DNA from: Nitrosopumilus sp.
GTDB taxonomy: Archaea > Thermoproteota > Nitrososphaeria > Nitrososphaerales > Nitrosopumilaceae
DNA length: 64,000 bases
NCBI GenBank assembly: GCA_965207445.1
Contig: CBDBLX010000002.1
Coordinates: 2,007,849 to 2,071,848, forward strand
Reading direction: 5' to 3'
Positions 10,472 through 21,128 of this stretch are shown here, piece by piece. Position 1 is the first letter of the stretch; each line of letters starts with the position of its first letter. The notes under the pieces are model-generated. The model was not told the DNA's origin. It made no database searches and was given only the letters and a program-made list of their open reading frames with translations. A program made the translations under genes and the position numbers.

Positions 10472-11224
10472 GTGGGAGATCCAAAATATCCACGCAGAGT
10501 ATGGCGAAAGCCAAAGAGACCACTCAATTATGATCTGAAGATGGACGAATTAAAGACACTAGGAACATTTGGTCTGAGAACAAAACGAGAATTATGGAAA
10601 GCACATACAGAACTGTCACGTGTCAGACACCAAGCAAGATCACTGTTGGCGTTGAGGGCAGAGGACAGATCAAAAAAAGAACCAATACTCTTAAGATCAC
10701 TAGCTAGAATAGGACTAGTCAGTTCAGATGCGACACTAGATGATGTGTTAAACCTAAAGGTCAGTGACTTGCTTGCAAGAAGGTTTCAGACCATCGTGAC
10801 AGAAAAGTTTGGATTCAAGACGCCATACCAAGCAAGACAAGCAGTGATTCATGGGCACATGATGATCGGTAGTAGAAAGATAGATATCCCATCATACATG
10901 GTCACAGTCAAAGAAGAGAGCGAAATAAAATTCAAGCCAAACTCGACCATTGCAGACAATTTGGAGAAAAACAAAGCACAAAACTATCAAAGTGAGTTTG
11001 ATGACCATACACAGAATAGTGATGATGTACAAAGTAGCGATGTACAAAGTAGCGATGTACAAAGTAGCGATGTACAAAGTAGCGATGTACAAAGTAGCGA
11101 TAACACACAAAGCAACGACACTAGTACCACCAATCAAGACGTTGCCACAAATTCTAGTGATGAAAAAGACACAGATGTAATAGTCGATTCTGTAAAAGAT
11201 GACCAAGCAATAAAAAAAGAATAA
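10472..11224 (+). CDS. rps4: 30S ribosomal protein S4 with acidic repeat tail
   Basis: MGDPKYPRRVW, FGLRTKRELW, QARQAVIHGH. Confidence 0.97.
   Translation: MGDPKYPRRVWRKPKRPLNYDLKMDELKTLGTFGLRTKRELWKAHTELSRVRHQARSLLALRAEDRSKKEPILLRSLARIGLVSSDATLDDVLNLKVSDLLARRFQTIVTEKFGFKTPYQARQAVIHGHMMIGSRKIDIPSYMVTVKEESEIKFKPNSTIADNLEKNKAQNYQSEFDDHTQNSDDVQSSDVQSSDVQSSDVQSSDVQSSDNTQSNDTSTTNQDVATNSSDEKDTDVIVDSVKDDQAIKKE
11024..11098 (+). repeat. In-frame 15-bp repeat x5 (DVQSS) in rps4
   Basis: GATGTACAAAGTAGC, five perfect copies. Confidence 0.95.
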
Positions 11225-11451
11225 TCATTTAGTATAACAACAACTAATCTAAATATACTCATTGAGGATATGTTAATCTATTGTATGTTATAGTTAAAAA
11301 AATATTATATTTTAAATATTCCAAAAAATGTTCATTATATAAATAATAACAAATATTTTTTACACCGCAAATATCATAATTAATCATTATATTACACTAG
11401 AAAAACACATAGATTTTAATTATTCACATAGTATATTAAATTCTTAGATAA

Positions 11452-12663
11452 TCAATTACTAAAGAGTCGTGTATACTCTGCATCAACCATATCAACTATA
11501 TGTTCAGGCTTCATGCCTGATTTTATCATCGATGATATCATGCACCCACCTGCACCAACACCCTCCTTTGCATAACCGGTAGCAAAAGCCTTTAGTCCAT
11601 CATATTTGGAGTGCTCGAGTCCCAAATCAACTGCAAAGGCAGGTACATCTGCAACTTTTGATATCATGGATGGAAAGTCAGCATTCTGATCATCTGCAAC
11701 ATAAGTAGTAGTTCCAACTGCTACGTTATCATCATTGAATTCAATTCCAGAGGCAAAAGCAAGAACTGCGGCCATCTGTGTTCCACCTGCAAGTATGACC
11801 TTAGAAGACACAGAAGCAGAACTGAGCATTCCAGCAACAAATGGGATCATAGGATCACCTACTTGGGCCACAACTGCATACATATACTGTAGTCGTTCTG
11901 CAGAATTCACCGACTCCATATATGAAATAGTATCAGTGTGTAAAGTAGGATTGCCAGAAAAATCAGACTTAGATTTTGCTGTAAATGATTTAGAATTTAG
12001 AGTTGCAATGCGCAATAGTGCCTCGTGTACTATCTTTTCTTTAAGTTGTATAGGACTATCAGGCATGCTAGAGCTTACACGAACCTGAAATCCCAGTCCA
12101 TGCAAGACGGCCATGGCAGTGGTAGTACCACCAGGTATACTCTCACCAATCACGATACAGTCAGCAAGTGAAGACAGATTGCGCCCTACAATGCGCCCAT
12201 AGTCAACTGCATGTGTAACTTGTGAAACACTCATTGCGCTATTATGATATATGTTGTCGCCATACGATAGTCTAGTCTCTATAAATGGTAATTGTGGCGT
12301 TATGTGGCTACCTGCATTTATTATCATATGTGGTATACTAGAGTACTCCAAAGCAGCCTTTGTAAGTAGTGCAGGTGTGGGCTTTCCGTCAGGGGTTATT
12401 GGGATCCCATCTATGGTTTTACAATACCCATAATGTAGATATTCAGCATCAGCAGGTGGAGTAAACTTGAAAGAATCAGTATCAGCACCTGCGATCGATA
12501 TTCCAGGAATCTCACAAGTAGCAGTATATGACATTACCATTGAAAATAAGAACTTGGCAGATTGCAACGAATCTACAAAGTTATTTGCCTTGTGCATGTT
12601 TCCATATATTTTGAGATCGTCGATAGCATTCATGACATCACCATACATTTCAATCAAACACAA
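11452..12663 (-). CDS. cobT: Archaeal CobT-type nicotinate-mononucleotide-dependent phosphoribosyltransferase
   Basis: GESIPGGTTTA, LAGGTQMAAV, KEGVGAGG. Confidence 0.85.
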   Translation of the reverse strand: MCLIEMYGDVMNAIDDLKIYGNMHKANNFVDSLQSAKFLFSMVMSYTATCEIPGISIAGADTDSFKFTPPADAEYLHYGYCKTIDGIPITPDGKPTPALLTKAALEYSSIPHMIINAGSHITPQLPFIETRLSYGDNIYHNSAMSVSQVTHAVDYGRIVGRNLSSLADCIVIGESIPGGTTTAMAVLHGLGFQVRVSSSMPDSPIQLKEKIVHEALLRIATLNSKSFTAKSKSDFSGNPTLHTDTISYMESVNSAERLQYMYAVVAQVGDPMIPFVAGMLSSASVSSKVILAGGTQMAAVLAFASGIEFNDDNVAVGTTTYVADDQNADFPSMISKVADVPAFAVDLGLEHSKYDGLKAFATGYAKEGVGAGGCMISSMIKSGMKPEHIVDMVDAEYTRLFSN

Positions 12664-12791
12664 AGATGCATGGTTTTAGACTGCTGGGAGAATATACAGG
12701 TGATGGTACACAAAACGACAGTATGCCAGATGATAGCATGTTAGATGATAGCATGTTAGATGATAAAACGTTAAACACAATAATCATTCTG

Positions 12792-13406
12792 CTAGCCCAT
12801 CCTTGCAACAAATTCTTCTTTGCTTGTAGGGTACATAACAGGATTATACTGTTTTTGTTCACCAATAGTAGATGTTGGAGTAGGGCCATAATCATGCCCA
12901 GGATACATTTTAAGATGATCATCGAGTTTGGATAGTACATCAAATATACTATGATATAGGTCTTGAGAGCTACCACCAGGAAGGTCCACACGGCCACAAC
13001 TGCCAACAAACAGAGTATCTCCACTAAATATGAAGTCAGGGCCAATCAAACACATGCTGTCCTTTGAGTGTCCAGGCGTATATAGCACCTTGATTGAAGA
13101 TTCTCCAAAGTGTATGATATCACCGTCTTTGAGTGACATATCATGAGGTAGTTCCGAATACTCGTGTTGCACTATAGGAGCTCCAGTAGACTTTGCCATC
13201 TGCTCGTTTCCAGTAGTGTGATCAAGGTGATGATGAGTATTAATGATATATTTTACATGTAATGAATGATCTTCTATTAGAGATTCTAGTTTATGTAGAT
13301 CCCATGATGGATCAATTATAATGGACTCGCGCGTACTAGTGTCATATATGATATATGAGAAATTTTGCATATGGCCCACAGGCACCTGTATTATCTCAAT
13401 GCCCAT
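12792..13406 (-). CDS. Metallo-beta-lactamase-fold hydrolase (glyoxalase II family)
   Basis: THHHLDH, TPGHS, GDTLF, PGHDY. Confidence 0.9.
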   Translation of the reverse strand: MGIEIIQVPVGHMQNFSYIIYDTSTRESIIIDPSWDLHKLESLIEDHSLHVKYIINTHHHLDHTTGNEQMAKSTGAPIVQHEYSELPHDMSLKDGDIIHFGESSIKVLYTPGHSKDSMCLIGPDFIFSGDTLFVGSCGRVDLPGGSSQDLYHSIFDVLSKLDDHLKMYPGHDYGPTPTSTIGEQKQYNPVMYPTSKEEFVARMG

Positions 13407-14089
13407 TATATGATACCTTCCTCTGCTTCTGGCGGGATGCCGATCTTTTCTGCATGTAAAATGCCAGTCAAGTCAGGGCGTTTTGGGATGCCTTGTTTCA
13501 TACGATGAAACGTGACGGTCATATCACATGTAGTGTGAATATTTGCAGTCATGCCAGTTTGAGGATCAAGTCCAGATGGTACATCAACGCCAAATTTGAA
13601 TGTGTTTTTACATGAATTGATGTATTTGATTGCAGACATGTATGGCTCTTTGATATCACCTGTAATTCCAGTCCCAAATACAGCATCTATGATTATTTTT
13701 GGATTCATATCAAAAGGTGGTAAAAACTCATCCCCATAACAGGTCAATACAGATGTATGCATCTTTTCTAATAGTGACCAATTCCACTTTGACTCATCAG
13801 TCTTGATGTTATTTGGTGCTCCAAGTAATAATACAGTAGGTTTTGCGCCATAACCTGCAAGATGTCTGGCCATTACCATTCCGTCACCGCCATTATTCCC
13901 AAGCCCAGCGATGACAAGTATACTAGTATCACTAACATCACCCACGTGTTCTACTAATCTTCTAGTAGCAACAGCACCAGCATTTTCCATCATGAATTTT
14001 TTGAGAAAACCCATCTGATGCCCCTTGTTCTCAATCTTGTACATTTGGTCTACTGTAATTTCCACATATTCAGACAGATTAGCAGACAA
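13406..14089 (-). CDS. nnrE: NAD(P)H-hydrate epimerase (YjeF N-terminal family)
   Basis: MENAG, GNNGGDG, DAVFGTG, DVPSG. Confidence 0.9.
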   Translation of the reverse strand: MSANLSEYVEITVDQMYKIENKGHQMGFLKKFMMENAGAVATRRLVEHVGDVSDTSILVIAGLGNNGGDGMVMARHLAGYGAKPTVLLLGAPNNIKTDESKWNWSLLEKMHTSVLTCYGDEFLPPFDMNPKIIIDAVFGTGITGDIKEPYMSAIKYINSCKNTFKFGVDVPSGLDPQTGMTANIHTTCDMTVTFHRMKQGIPKRPDLTGILHAEKIGIPPEAEEGII

Positions 14090-14275
14090 ATTAAGCTTGT
14101 CAATTATACCAATAATACAAGATGATAGTAGTGTCAGTGTATTATAGTATACAAAAAGTGTCAGTGTATTAAGAGTAGTAAAATCATAAACAACGTAGGT
14201 GCCAACACATCTGCAAACATTGTATGTACAAGTGATTTGTTATCAAATCATACTAACCAGAAAATTAGCAACATT

Positions 14276-14359
14276 GTAACCATTCAGTCCCCTCCATCAC
14301 TGAGCCAGACGTTAAACGGTGAATTTGTGCCTAAATTTGGGAAGGGATTGAACGGTTAC
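14276..14359. mobile_element. MITE family B (GTAACCGTTCAACC ends), copy 1
   Basis: GTAACCATTCA...TTGAACGGTTAC; core GAATTTGTGCCTAAATTTGGGAAG shared with the other copies. Confidence 0.8.
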
Positions 14360-14456
14360 ATTGAACAAAAAATATGTATGCATTAGGTAAAACAGTTTGC
14401 AAATCTACAAAAAATACATACATCATAGCAACAACTATAACATCATATAAAAGAGA

Positions 14457-14855
14457 TCATGTAATAAATGACATACATAAAACATCAGGGCATCTACGAG
14501 TCTCAGACTTGCTCAGATGTATAGTCTTTGAGCAGCCACTACATTGATGTACCTCTTCTACAACATCAAACAACTTGAACCACATTGTGTTAAAGTTCTG
14601 CGCAATGTTTCGTATCATACCAGACTCACAAAGAGAATCAAAATCAGACTCTAAATCACACACATCAGAAATATCATCATTCAATGCACTCTTATAATTC
14701 TCTTTGAGTATCTCAAATATTTCATCATTTGTAAACCGCAAGTCAGGATCATTGAACTGCTCAAATATTATCTTTCGAATTAAGAGTTGCATTGCATTGC
14801 CTGATTTAGTCTCATTAGATTTAGTCTTATCAGAGTCATTTTGCACAGAATGCAA
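14457..14855 (-). CDS. Hypothetical protein (helical domain plus C-terminal Cys cluster)
   Basis: 132-aa ORF ending the suf cluster; CSGC...CPDVLC. Confidence 0.7.
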   Translation of the reverse strand: MHSVQNDSDKTKSNETKSGNAMQLLIRKIIFEQFNDPDLRFTNDEIFEILKENYKSALNDDISDVCDLESDFDSLCESGMIRNIAQNFNTMWFKLFDVVEEVHQCSGCSKTIHLSKSETRRCPDVLCMSFIT

Positions 14856-14868
14856 TTATAATCACTTT

Positions 14869-15336
14869 CTAGTATAATCCTGCTGCTTCTTCTTTTAGCT
14901 TGTCAATATTAAAAGTATCAGAAACATCAGAGTCTTTCATATTAATCATATATGTATACAAGGCAGACTTGAGCACCTTTAGTGGCAATAGTGCGCATTT
15001 TATACGAACCGCCTGTAAATGCTCCAACCCCAACTCACCTAACAAGTCGTCTTTTCCTATTGCTTTTACATCATCAAGGTTCTTACCTTTTGTAATCTCA
15101 GTTAACACAGAAGAGCATGCCATACAGATAGCACATCCTTTGCCATGAAACTTGATATCAGATACAGCATTGTTATCAATATTCATATCAATATCTATAC
15201 TATCCCCACATAACGGATTTGCATCATGAAAAGTCACATCAGGATTCTCAAGTTTCCCAAAGTTGACAGGATTCCTAGAGTAATCTATAATCATTTCATG
15301 ATAAATGCTAGTACCAGTACTACTCATACATCTCAC
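14869..15336 (-). CDS. sufU: SufU/IscU-type Fe-S scaffold
   Basis: NPLCGD, GCAICMA, RIKCALL. Confidence 0.9.
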   Translation of the reverse strand: MRCMSSTGTSIYHEMIIDYSRNPVNFGKLENPDVTFHDANPLCGDSIDIDMNIDNNAVSDIKFHGKGCAICMACSSVLTEITKGKNLDDVKAIGKDDLLGELGLEHLQAVRIKCALLPLKVLKSALYTYMINMKDSDVSDTFNIDKLKEEAAGLY

Positions 15337-16646
15337 CTCTTCAAGAGAAAAGTCTCAGCAACTTTGTCAAGTGATGCGACAAGTGCATCGATCTCAGATT
15401 TAGTATTGTAAATGTAAAAACTAGCCCTTGATGTAGCAGCAACATCCATCTTTTCCATCAATACTTGAGCACAATGATGTCCAGACCGTATAGATATTCC
15501 TGCCTGATCTATAATATATGCAACATCATGAGGATGCACAGATTGAAAGTTAAATGATATCACGCCACCTCTTTTTTGAGGGTCAAGAGGACCATATATC
15601 TTGATATCAGGTATGGCAGAAAATTTTTCCAATGCATATGTAGTAAGTTCAATCTCATGTTCACGTATACTTTCCATTCCAATTTTATCAATATAGTCTA
15701 TTGCAGCACCTAGTCCAATCACATCAGCCACATTGGGCGTACCGGCCTCGAACTTGTAAGGAAGATCATTCCATGTCGACTCGTGTTTGTGTACCTCGCG
15801 AATCATATCTCCACCACCATGAAAAGGGGACATTGTCTCCATCACCTCTTTACGTACCCACAAAACTCCAATACCAGTTGGCCCCATCATCTTGTGGCCA
15901 GAAAATGCAAAAAAGTCACACCCCAGACCAGACACATCAACACTCATGTGCGGCACTGCTTGGGCACCATCAACTAGTATGGGTATATTGTGCGCCTTGC
16001 ATTTTGATATTATGGTATTGTGATTAGTGATTGTACCTAATACATTTGACATCAGGGTAAACGTGACCAATTTTACTTTACCAGTTGCGATGTATTTGTC
16101 AAGGTCATCTAGTAATAGCTCACCATTGTCATCAACTTGGATATATTCGAGTCGGGCGCCCTTTTCTTGAGCTAGTAATTGCCAAGGTACTATATTACTA
16201 TGATGTTCATATTCAGTAGTCACTATAATGTCACCTTCATTAACATGTTTACGCCCCCACGCGTATGCCACCAAGTTTATCGCCTCTGTTGTGCCGCGAA
16301 CAAAGATTATCTCTTTTTGATCTTTAATGTTCAAAAACTTTGCAATCTTGCTTCTAACTGACTCGTATGCATCAGTTGCTTCTTCTGCAAGAGCATAGAC
16401 TGCCCTATGTATGTTAGCATTGTATGTTTTGTAATAGTCGCTTATTGCATCTATTACTTGTATTGGTTTTTGTGTAGTAGCAGCATTATCAAGATATACC
16501 AGTGGTTTGTTATCTCGCACAGTTCTTGAAAGTATGGGAAAATCATTACGTAGACTCTCAAAGTCAATTATATCAGAGGGGTTGTCGTCGTAGTTTTGTT
16601 GTTGTTGTTGTTGTTGTTTCTGCTGCTGCTCTTCTTGCATCGTCAA
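15333..16646 (-). CDS. sufS: SufS cysteine desulfurase with N-terminal poly-Q
   Basis: YLDNAATTQKP, SGHKM, RSGHHCA. Confidence 0.95.
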   Translation of the reverse strand: MTMQEEQQQKQQQQQQQNYDDNPSDIIDFESLRNDFPILSRTVRDNKPLVYLDNAATTQKPIQVIDAISDYYKTYNANIHRAVYALAEEATDAYESVRSKIAKFLNIKDQKEIIFVRGTTEAINLVAYAWGRKHVNEGDIIVTTEYEHHSNIVPWQLLAQEKGARLEYIQVDDNGELLLDDLDKYIATGKVKLVTFTLMSNVLGTITNHNTIISKCKAHNIPILVDGAQAVPHMSVDVSGLGCDFFAFSGHKMMGPTGIGVLWVRKEVMETMSPFHGGGDMIREVHKHESTWNDLPYKFEAGTPNVADVIGLGAAIDYIDKIGMESIREHEIELTTYALEKFSAIPDIKIYGPLDPQKRGGVISFNFQSVHPHDVAYIIDQAGISIRSGHHCAQVLMEKMDVAATSRASFYIYNTKSEIDALVASLDKVAETFLLKR

Positions 16647-16653
16647 TGGATCA

Positions 16654-17031
16654 TCATACTCCTACCTGTATCCAACCATCGGTTATTTTAACATTATACA
16701 CACGCAGAGGTTTTTCAGCAGGTGGGTTTTTTGGAACACCATCACAAAGATCAAAAACTGAGAGGTGAAGTGGACACCGTATACCATCAGGTCCTAAAAA
16801 CCCAGTCGACAAGTCAGCGTCTGCATGAGTGCACACAGAGTCAACTGCGCAAATAGTGCCATTCTGGTTTGTAATTAGTATAGATGCATCATGATGCTCA
16901 AACTTGTATAGTTGTCCATCATCAAGATCATCTAGTTTGCATGCGCGAATCCAACTTGTGCCAGAAGACGAGTCATCATCGGCATAATTTTTATCTGTAC
17001 TTGTAGTGCTGTTCAATCTCCGCATCCTCAT
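16654..17031 (-). CDS. Rieske-type ferredoxin
   Basis: CTH...CPLH motif; exact start uncertain. Confidence 0.88.
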   Translation of the reverse strand: MRMRRLNSTTSTDKNYADDDSSSGTSWIRACKLDDLDDGQLYKFEHHDASILITNQNGTICAVDSVCTHADADLSTGFLGPDGIRCPLHLSVFDLCDGVPKNPPAEKPLRVYNVKITDGWIQVGV

Positions 17032-18496
17032 TGTATCTAGTCTCTTCGACTTCTACGAACTTTGTGAGTTCTTCATCAGTGTTAATTCCAAGTTCACGGC
17101 CCTCCCACTTTGATTCTATCAGATATGCGATCCAAGCCCTTACCTGATAAGACATCTTGCGTGACAGCGGCTCTAAAAATCCCTCAACTATAGTTCTCTC
17201 TGCTTCTTGTTGACTGAGGCATCTTGATTTTAAATAAAATATCTGTTCTTCATCAATCTGTGCAACGGATGCAGAGTGAGTAGCCTTTACATCGTTTGTA
17301 AAAATCTCCAAACCAGGTATTGCATCTGATTTGGCATCCTTGTCAAGTAGTATGGATCTACCTGACAGAAAAGAGTTTGACTTTGTGGCATTTTCTTTTA
17401 TGCGGATCATTCCCTTGAATAATGAGCGAGACTTGTCACGCAGTATGGACTTTTCTACCACCCTGCCTTCAGTTGCTGGACTCTCATGATTCACATCTGT
17501 CTGTATGTCAAAGGATTGCTCGGCGTTTCCAAATACCACCTCAGAGTCGTTTGCCGAAGCACCACTACCTTGCAAAAAGTACTCTATACGATAACGAGAC
17601 AGTATAGAGCCAAATAGTCCCGAGTACCAGTTGACCTGAGAGTCTGCTGCAAGTGTGGTGCGCCTAGTTGAAAAGTTGATAGAAGATCTTTGATCAAGCA
17701 TCTGTAGTGTAGTAACATCAAGGTGAGAGTTTTCACGAGCAAATGTATTTAGTAACTCAAGGTATGCAGACTGGTTTGCACCTTTTGGTGCATTAGCATC
17801 ATCACTATCCGCAGTAGCGGCAACAGTAGTAGCAGTAGCAGCAGCACCATCATCAGAGTACATCTCTTGTACAACAGATGCCTTGGCATTCTCATCAATA
17901 GATATTACATTTCGTGATATTACAGATGTTCCATCAGATGGCAGACATACGAGCAAATGTATGGGTTGCTCCAATATCACATTACGTGGCACATGTAAAA
18001 ATAGACCAGAGTTAAATGCAGCATTATTTAGTGCAGTAAACTTGTCACCGGCCGAGTCAGATGACTCTATAGCAGAGCGAACAATACTCTCTGTTTTGGC
18101 GTTTTTGAGCGCACCATATATGGAATCAAGTATAACACCTTTTTCTTTTATCTCACTAGGCACGTGTATACGAGTTGTTATAGTACCAATCTGAATTATA
18201 GAGATCTCGTTTTGTAATTCTTCTAATCTGCGATTTAGAAACTGAGGTGTCAAGATATTATCATCGTTGTTGCTGCTGCTGCTGCTATTAGTATCACTCA
18301 ACAACACATACTCTGGATTCATTCGCTTTGCATCAGTATACTTTGTGTACAGCGGCGACGTCTCGATAGGAAGTTTATCATATATGGCAAGTGAGTCATG
18401 TCGTGACTGTAATAACCATTCAGGCTCACCATTTACAGAAGATATTGTATCAATATGTTCTGTTCCAATGTTTGATAATTTTTGTAATGATGACAT
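16991..18496 (-). CDS. sufD: SufD
   Basis: PGLEIFTNDVKATHSASVAQIDEEQIFYLKSR; directly follows sufB. Confidence 0.92.
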   Translation of the reverse strand: MSSLQKLSNIGTEHIDTISSVNGEPEWLLQSRHDSLAIYDKLPIETSPLYTKYTDAKRMNPEYVLLSDTNSSSSSNNDDNILTPQFLNRRLEELQNEISIIQIGTITTRIHVPSEIKEKGVILDSIYGALKNAKTESIVRSAIESSDSAGDKFTALNNAAFNSGLFLHVPRNVILEQPIHLLVCLPSDGTSVISRNVISIDENAKASVVQEMYSDDGAAATATTVAATADSDDANAPKGANQSAYLELLNTFARENSHLDVTTLQMLDQRSSINFSTRRTTLAADSQVNWYSGLFGSILSRYRIEYFLQGSGASANDSEVVFGNAEQSFDIQTDVNHESPATEGRVVEKSILRDKSRSLFKGMIRIKENATKSNSFLSGRSILLDKDAKSDAIPGLEIFTNDVKATHSASVAQIDEEQIFYLKSRCLSQQEAERTIVEGFLEPLSRKMSYQVRAWIAYLIESKWEGRELGINTDEELTKFVEVEETRYNEDAEIEQHYKYR

Positions 18497-18516
18497 ATAC
18501 CATCAAAATAACACAT

Positions 18517-19917
18517 TTATCCTACAGAGTCATCCATCTCTAATTTGATGAGTCGGTTGAGTTCAACTGCATACTCCATTGGAAGTTCTTTTGTAAACGG
18601 CTCCATGAATCCATTTACGATAAGTGACAGAGCTTCTTCTTCTGTAAAGCCACGACTCATCAGATAAAATATCTGTTCATCACCAATCTTGCCAACGGTA
18701 GCCTCGTGCGTTATCGTGGCATCTTCTTGGTTTATCTCCATATATGGATAAGTGTCAGTCTTTGAAGTGTCATCTAGCAATAGCGCATCACATCTTACAG
18801 TGGACTTTACATTAGTAGCGCCCTTTGCAACGTTTAGTAATCCTCTATACGTAGAACGGCCGTCAAGTCGACTTACAGATTTAGATGTTATTTTTGATGT
18901 TGTGTTTGGTGCTAAATGTACCATCTTGGCACCCGTATCTTGATGTTGTCCCTTGCCTGCAAATGCAATTGAGAGTGTCTCACCATATGCACGTTCCCCA
19001 AGTAGATATATTCCAGGATACTTCATAGTAAGACGGCTACCAATATTGCCATCAATCCACTCAACTGTAGCCCCCTCATATGCATATGCACGTTTTGTGA
19101 CCAAGTTGTATACATCATTGCTCCAGTTCTGTATTGTGGTATATCTGAGGTGTGCATCTTTGTGGGCAACCAGCTCTACAACAGCAGAGTGTAAAGATTC
19201 CGAAGAGTACACAGGTGCCGTACAACCTTCAATATAATGGACATCTGCGCCCTCATCTACTACAATCAGAGTTCTCTCAAACTGTCCAATATTCTCAGCA
19301 TTTATTCTAAAGTAAGCTTGCAGAGGCATGTCAACTTTGACACCAGGTGGCACATAGATAAAAGAGCCACCGCTCCATACGGCACTGTTCAAAGCAGCAA
19401 ATTTGTTGTCCTCTGGAGGTATCACCTTGCCAAAGTATTTCTTGAACATCTCTGGTTGTTCTTTTAGAGCAGAGTCAGTATCCAAAAATATTACACCTTG
19501 CTTTTGCAGGTCTTCACGCAAATTATGATATACTACCTCGGATTCGTACTGTGCTCCAACACCAGCCAAGAATTTTTTTTCTGCTTCTGGAATACCCAGT
19601 TTGTCAAAAGTGTTCTTGACGTCTTGGGGCACATCATCCCAGTCTTTCTCAGTCTTTTCAGAGGCTTTTGCATAATAGTAAATATTCTGAAAGTCAATCA
19701 TATTTAGATCACCGCCCCATGCAGGCATTGGCTTGCTCATAAACGTCTCAAATGAGCGCAATCTAAAGTCAAGCATCCATTGTGGCTCATTTTTCATCTG
19801 GCTAATACCAATTACAGTCTCTTTTGTGAGACCTTTTTTGCTCAAGTGGACGTACATTTCCGTAGAATCTTTAAAGTCGTATTTGGAATAATCCATCTCC
19901 AAATTTTCAGTTGCCAT
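18517..19917 (-). CDS. sufB: SufB
   Basis: [30 protein letters not shown]. Confidence 0.97.
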   Translation of the reverse strand: MATENLEMDYSKYDFKDSTEMYVHLSKKGLTKETVIGISQMKNEPQWMLDFRLRSFETFMSKPMPAWGGDLNMIDFQNIYYYAKASEKTEKDWDDVPQDVKNTFDKLGIPEAEKKFLAGVGAQYESEVVYHNLREDLQKQGVIFLDTDSALKEQPEMFKKYFGKVIPPEDNKFAALNSAVWSGGSFIYVPPGVKVDMPLQAYFRINAENIGQFERTLIVVDEGADVHYIEGCTAPVYSSESLHSAVVELVAHKDAHLRYTTIQNWSNDVYNLVTKRAYAYEGATVEWIDGNIGSRLTMKYPGIYLLGERAYGETLSIAFAGKGQHQDTGAKMVHLAPNTTSKITSKSVSRLDGRSTYRGLLNVAKGATNVKSTVRCDALLLDDTSKTDTYPYMEINQEDATITHEATVGKIGDEQIFYLMSRGFTEEEALSLIVNGFMEPFTKELPMEYAVELNRLIKLEMDDSVG

Positions 19918-19958
19918 ACAATTCCAACGATATTATTGTTATAAATATATGTGGAAAA

Positions 19959-19986
19959 ATAGGTATAGCTAAATAGGCACAGCTAA
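19959..19986. promoter_or_regulatory. Tandem DtxR-like boxes upstream of sufB
   Basis: ATAGGTATAGCTAA followed directly by ATAGGCACAGCTAA, upstream of a minus-strand TATA-like element (about 19939-19950). Confidence 0.5.
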
Positions 19987-20012
19987 ACAGTACATAAATC
20001 ACATTTACATAA

Positions 20013-20813
20013 TCATAATAATCCAACAAATGACAGTAGGGCAACAAGTCCCATTATAATTGCAAACCACCAAAAACGCACCCTTGATGCTACCTGTACA
20101 AGAACATGTATTGATAGATAACCGGCTACAAATGAAGACAATAAACCAACTAGTAAATAATCAGTAGGCATATCAGGCAACCCATACACAAGCAATAGTC
20201 CCACTTGTGCTGCAAGTACAGCAGGAATGCCCATCAAAAATGAAAGTCGTAATGCCTCAGGTGCAGTGTACCCTCTCATTAAAAATGCAGAGACTGTAAT
20301 TCCAGAGCGCGACAGACCAGGTATTGCAGAGAATGCCTGCACTATACCAAGCAGGAGGGTATCTTTGATAGTTACCGAGTCTGCGGTTTTAGTTCCGGAT
20401 TGTTTTGATACATATAGTATGATACCAGTTACAACAAGTGCCACACCTACTAATCCCAACAAAAATTCACCCGATATGGCAACATCAGATGCATATGTGA
20501 ATATTATAAAACCCAGTCCACCACTAATTACAGTTGATACAAGCAAAAATGAGATCATAGAGTTGTTAGGCCCATCATATCTAAAATTATAATGTCTTGT
20601 ATTTTTTAGTATGTTAAAAATGTCACGGCGCAAATACAGCGCAGCAGACCCAACTGTTCCCAAGTGTAAAAAGAACGACAGATCCGATGCATCTTGTGAC
20701 ATGTACCCAAAGAGTTCAGTCATTATAATTACAAGCTCACCCGTACTCGATACAGGTAGCCATTCAAATACCCCCTGTAGTATACCAAGTATGACAGATT
20801 CAATATAATCCAC
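20013..20813 (-). CDS. uppP: UppP/BacA-family polyprenyl-diphosphate phosphatase
   Basis: GILQGVFEWLPVSSTG, PGLSRSGIT. Confidence 0.88.
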   Translation of the reverse strand: MDYIESVILGILQGVFEWLPVSSTGELVIIMTELFGYMSQDASDLSFFLHLGTVGSAALYLRRDIFNILKNTRHYNFRYDGPNNSMISFLLVSTVISGGLGFIIFTYASDVAISGEFLLGLVGVALVVTGIILYVSKQSGTKTADSVTIKDTLLLGIVQAFSAIPGLSRSGITVSAFLMRGYTAPEALRLSFLMGIPAVLAAQVGLLLVYGLPDMPTDYLLVGLLSSFVAGYLSIHVLVQVASRVRFWWFAIIMGLVALLSFVGLL

Positions 20814-20980
20814 ACATAAAGTATGTTTGAGATCTATTAATTTGAAACTAAAACATTATTTGATCAATTATATAGTTAGACAGAATCAGAATGAAATTAC
20901 AAATTAATTTGTCAAAAATAGGAATGAATCGTGATTGTTATCAATGAGATTTAAAACCATCAAATCAAATTACAACATAC

Positions 20981-21066
20981 GCAATACATATGCACACATA
21001 TGCAATACATATGCAACACATATGCAATACATATGTAACACATATGCACACATATGCAACACATAC
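20981..21066. repeat. Imperfect 10-11-bp tandem repeat (GCAATACATAT-like)
   Basis: About 8 units, intergenic. Confidence 0.85.
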
Positions 21067-21128
21067 GATAATCAAATAAAATATATGCACATATTATTAA
21101 TTAACTTTGAAAAATTCTTATACAATAA

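Noticed and set aside
12666..12935. ORF with DDSML repeats
   Set aside because: Short intergenic 15-bp repeat running antisense into the MBL gene.
14869..19917. No sufC in the suf cluster
   Set aside because: sufC can be encoded elsewhere in these archaea; absence from one window is uninformative.
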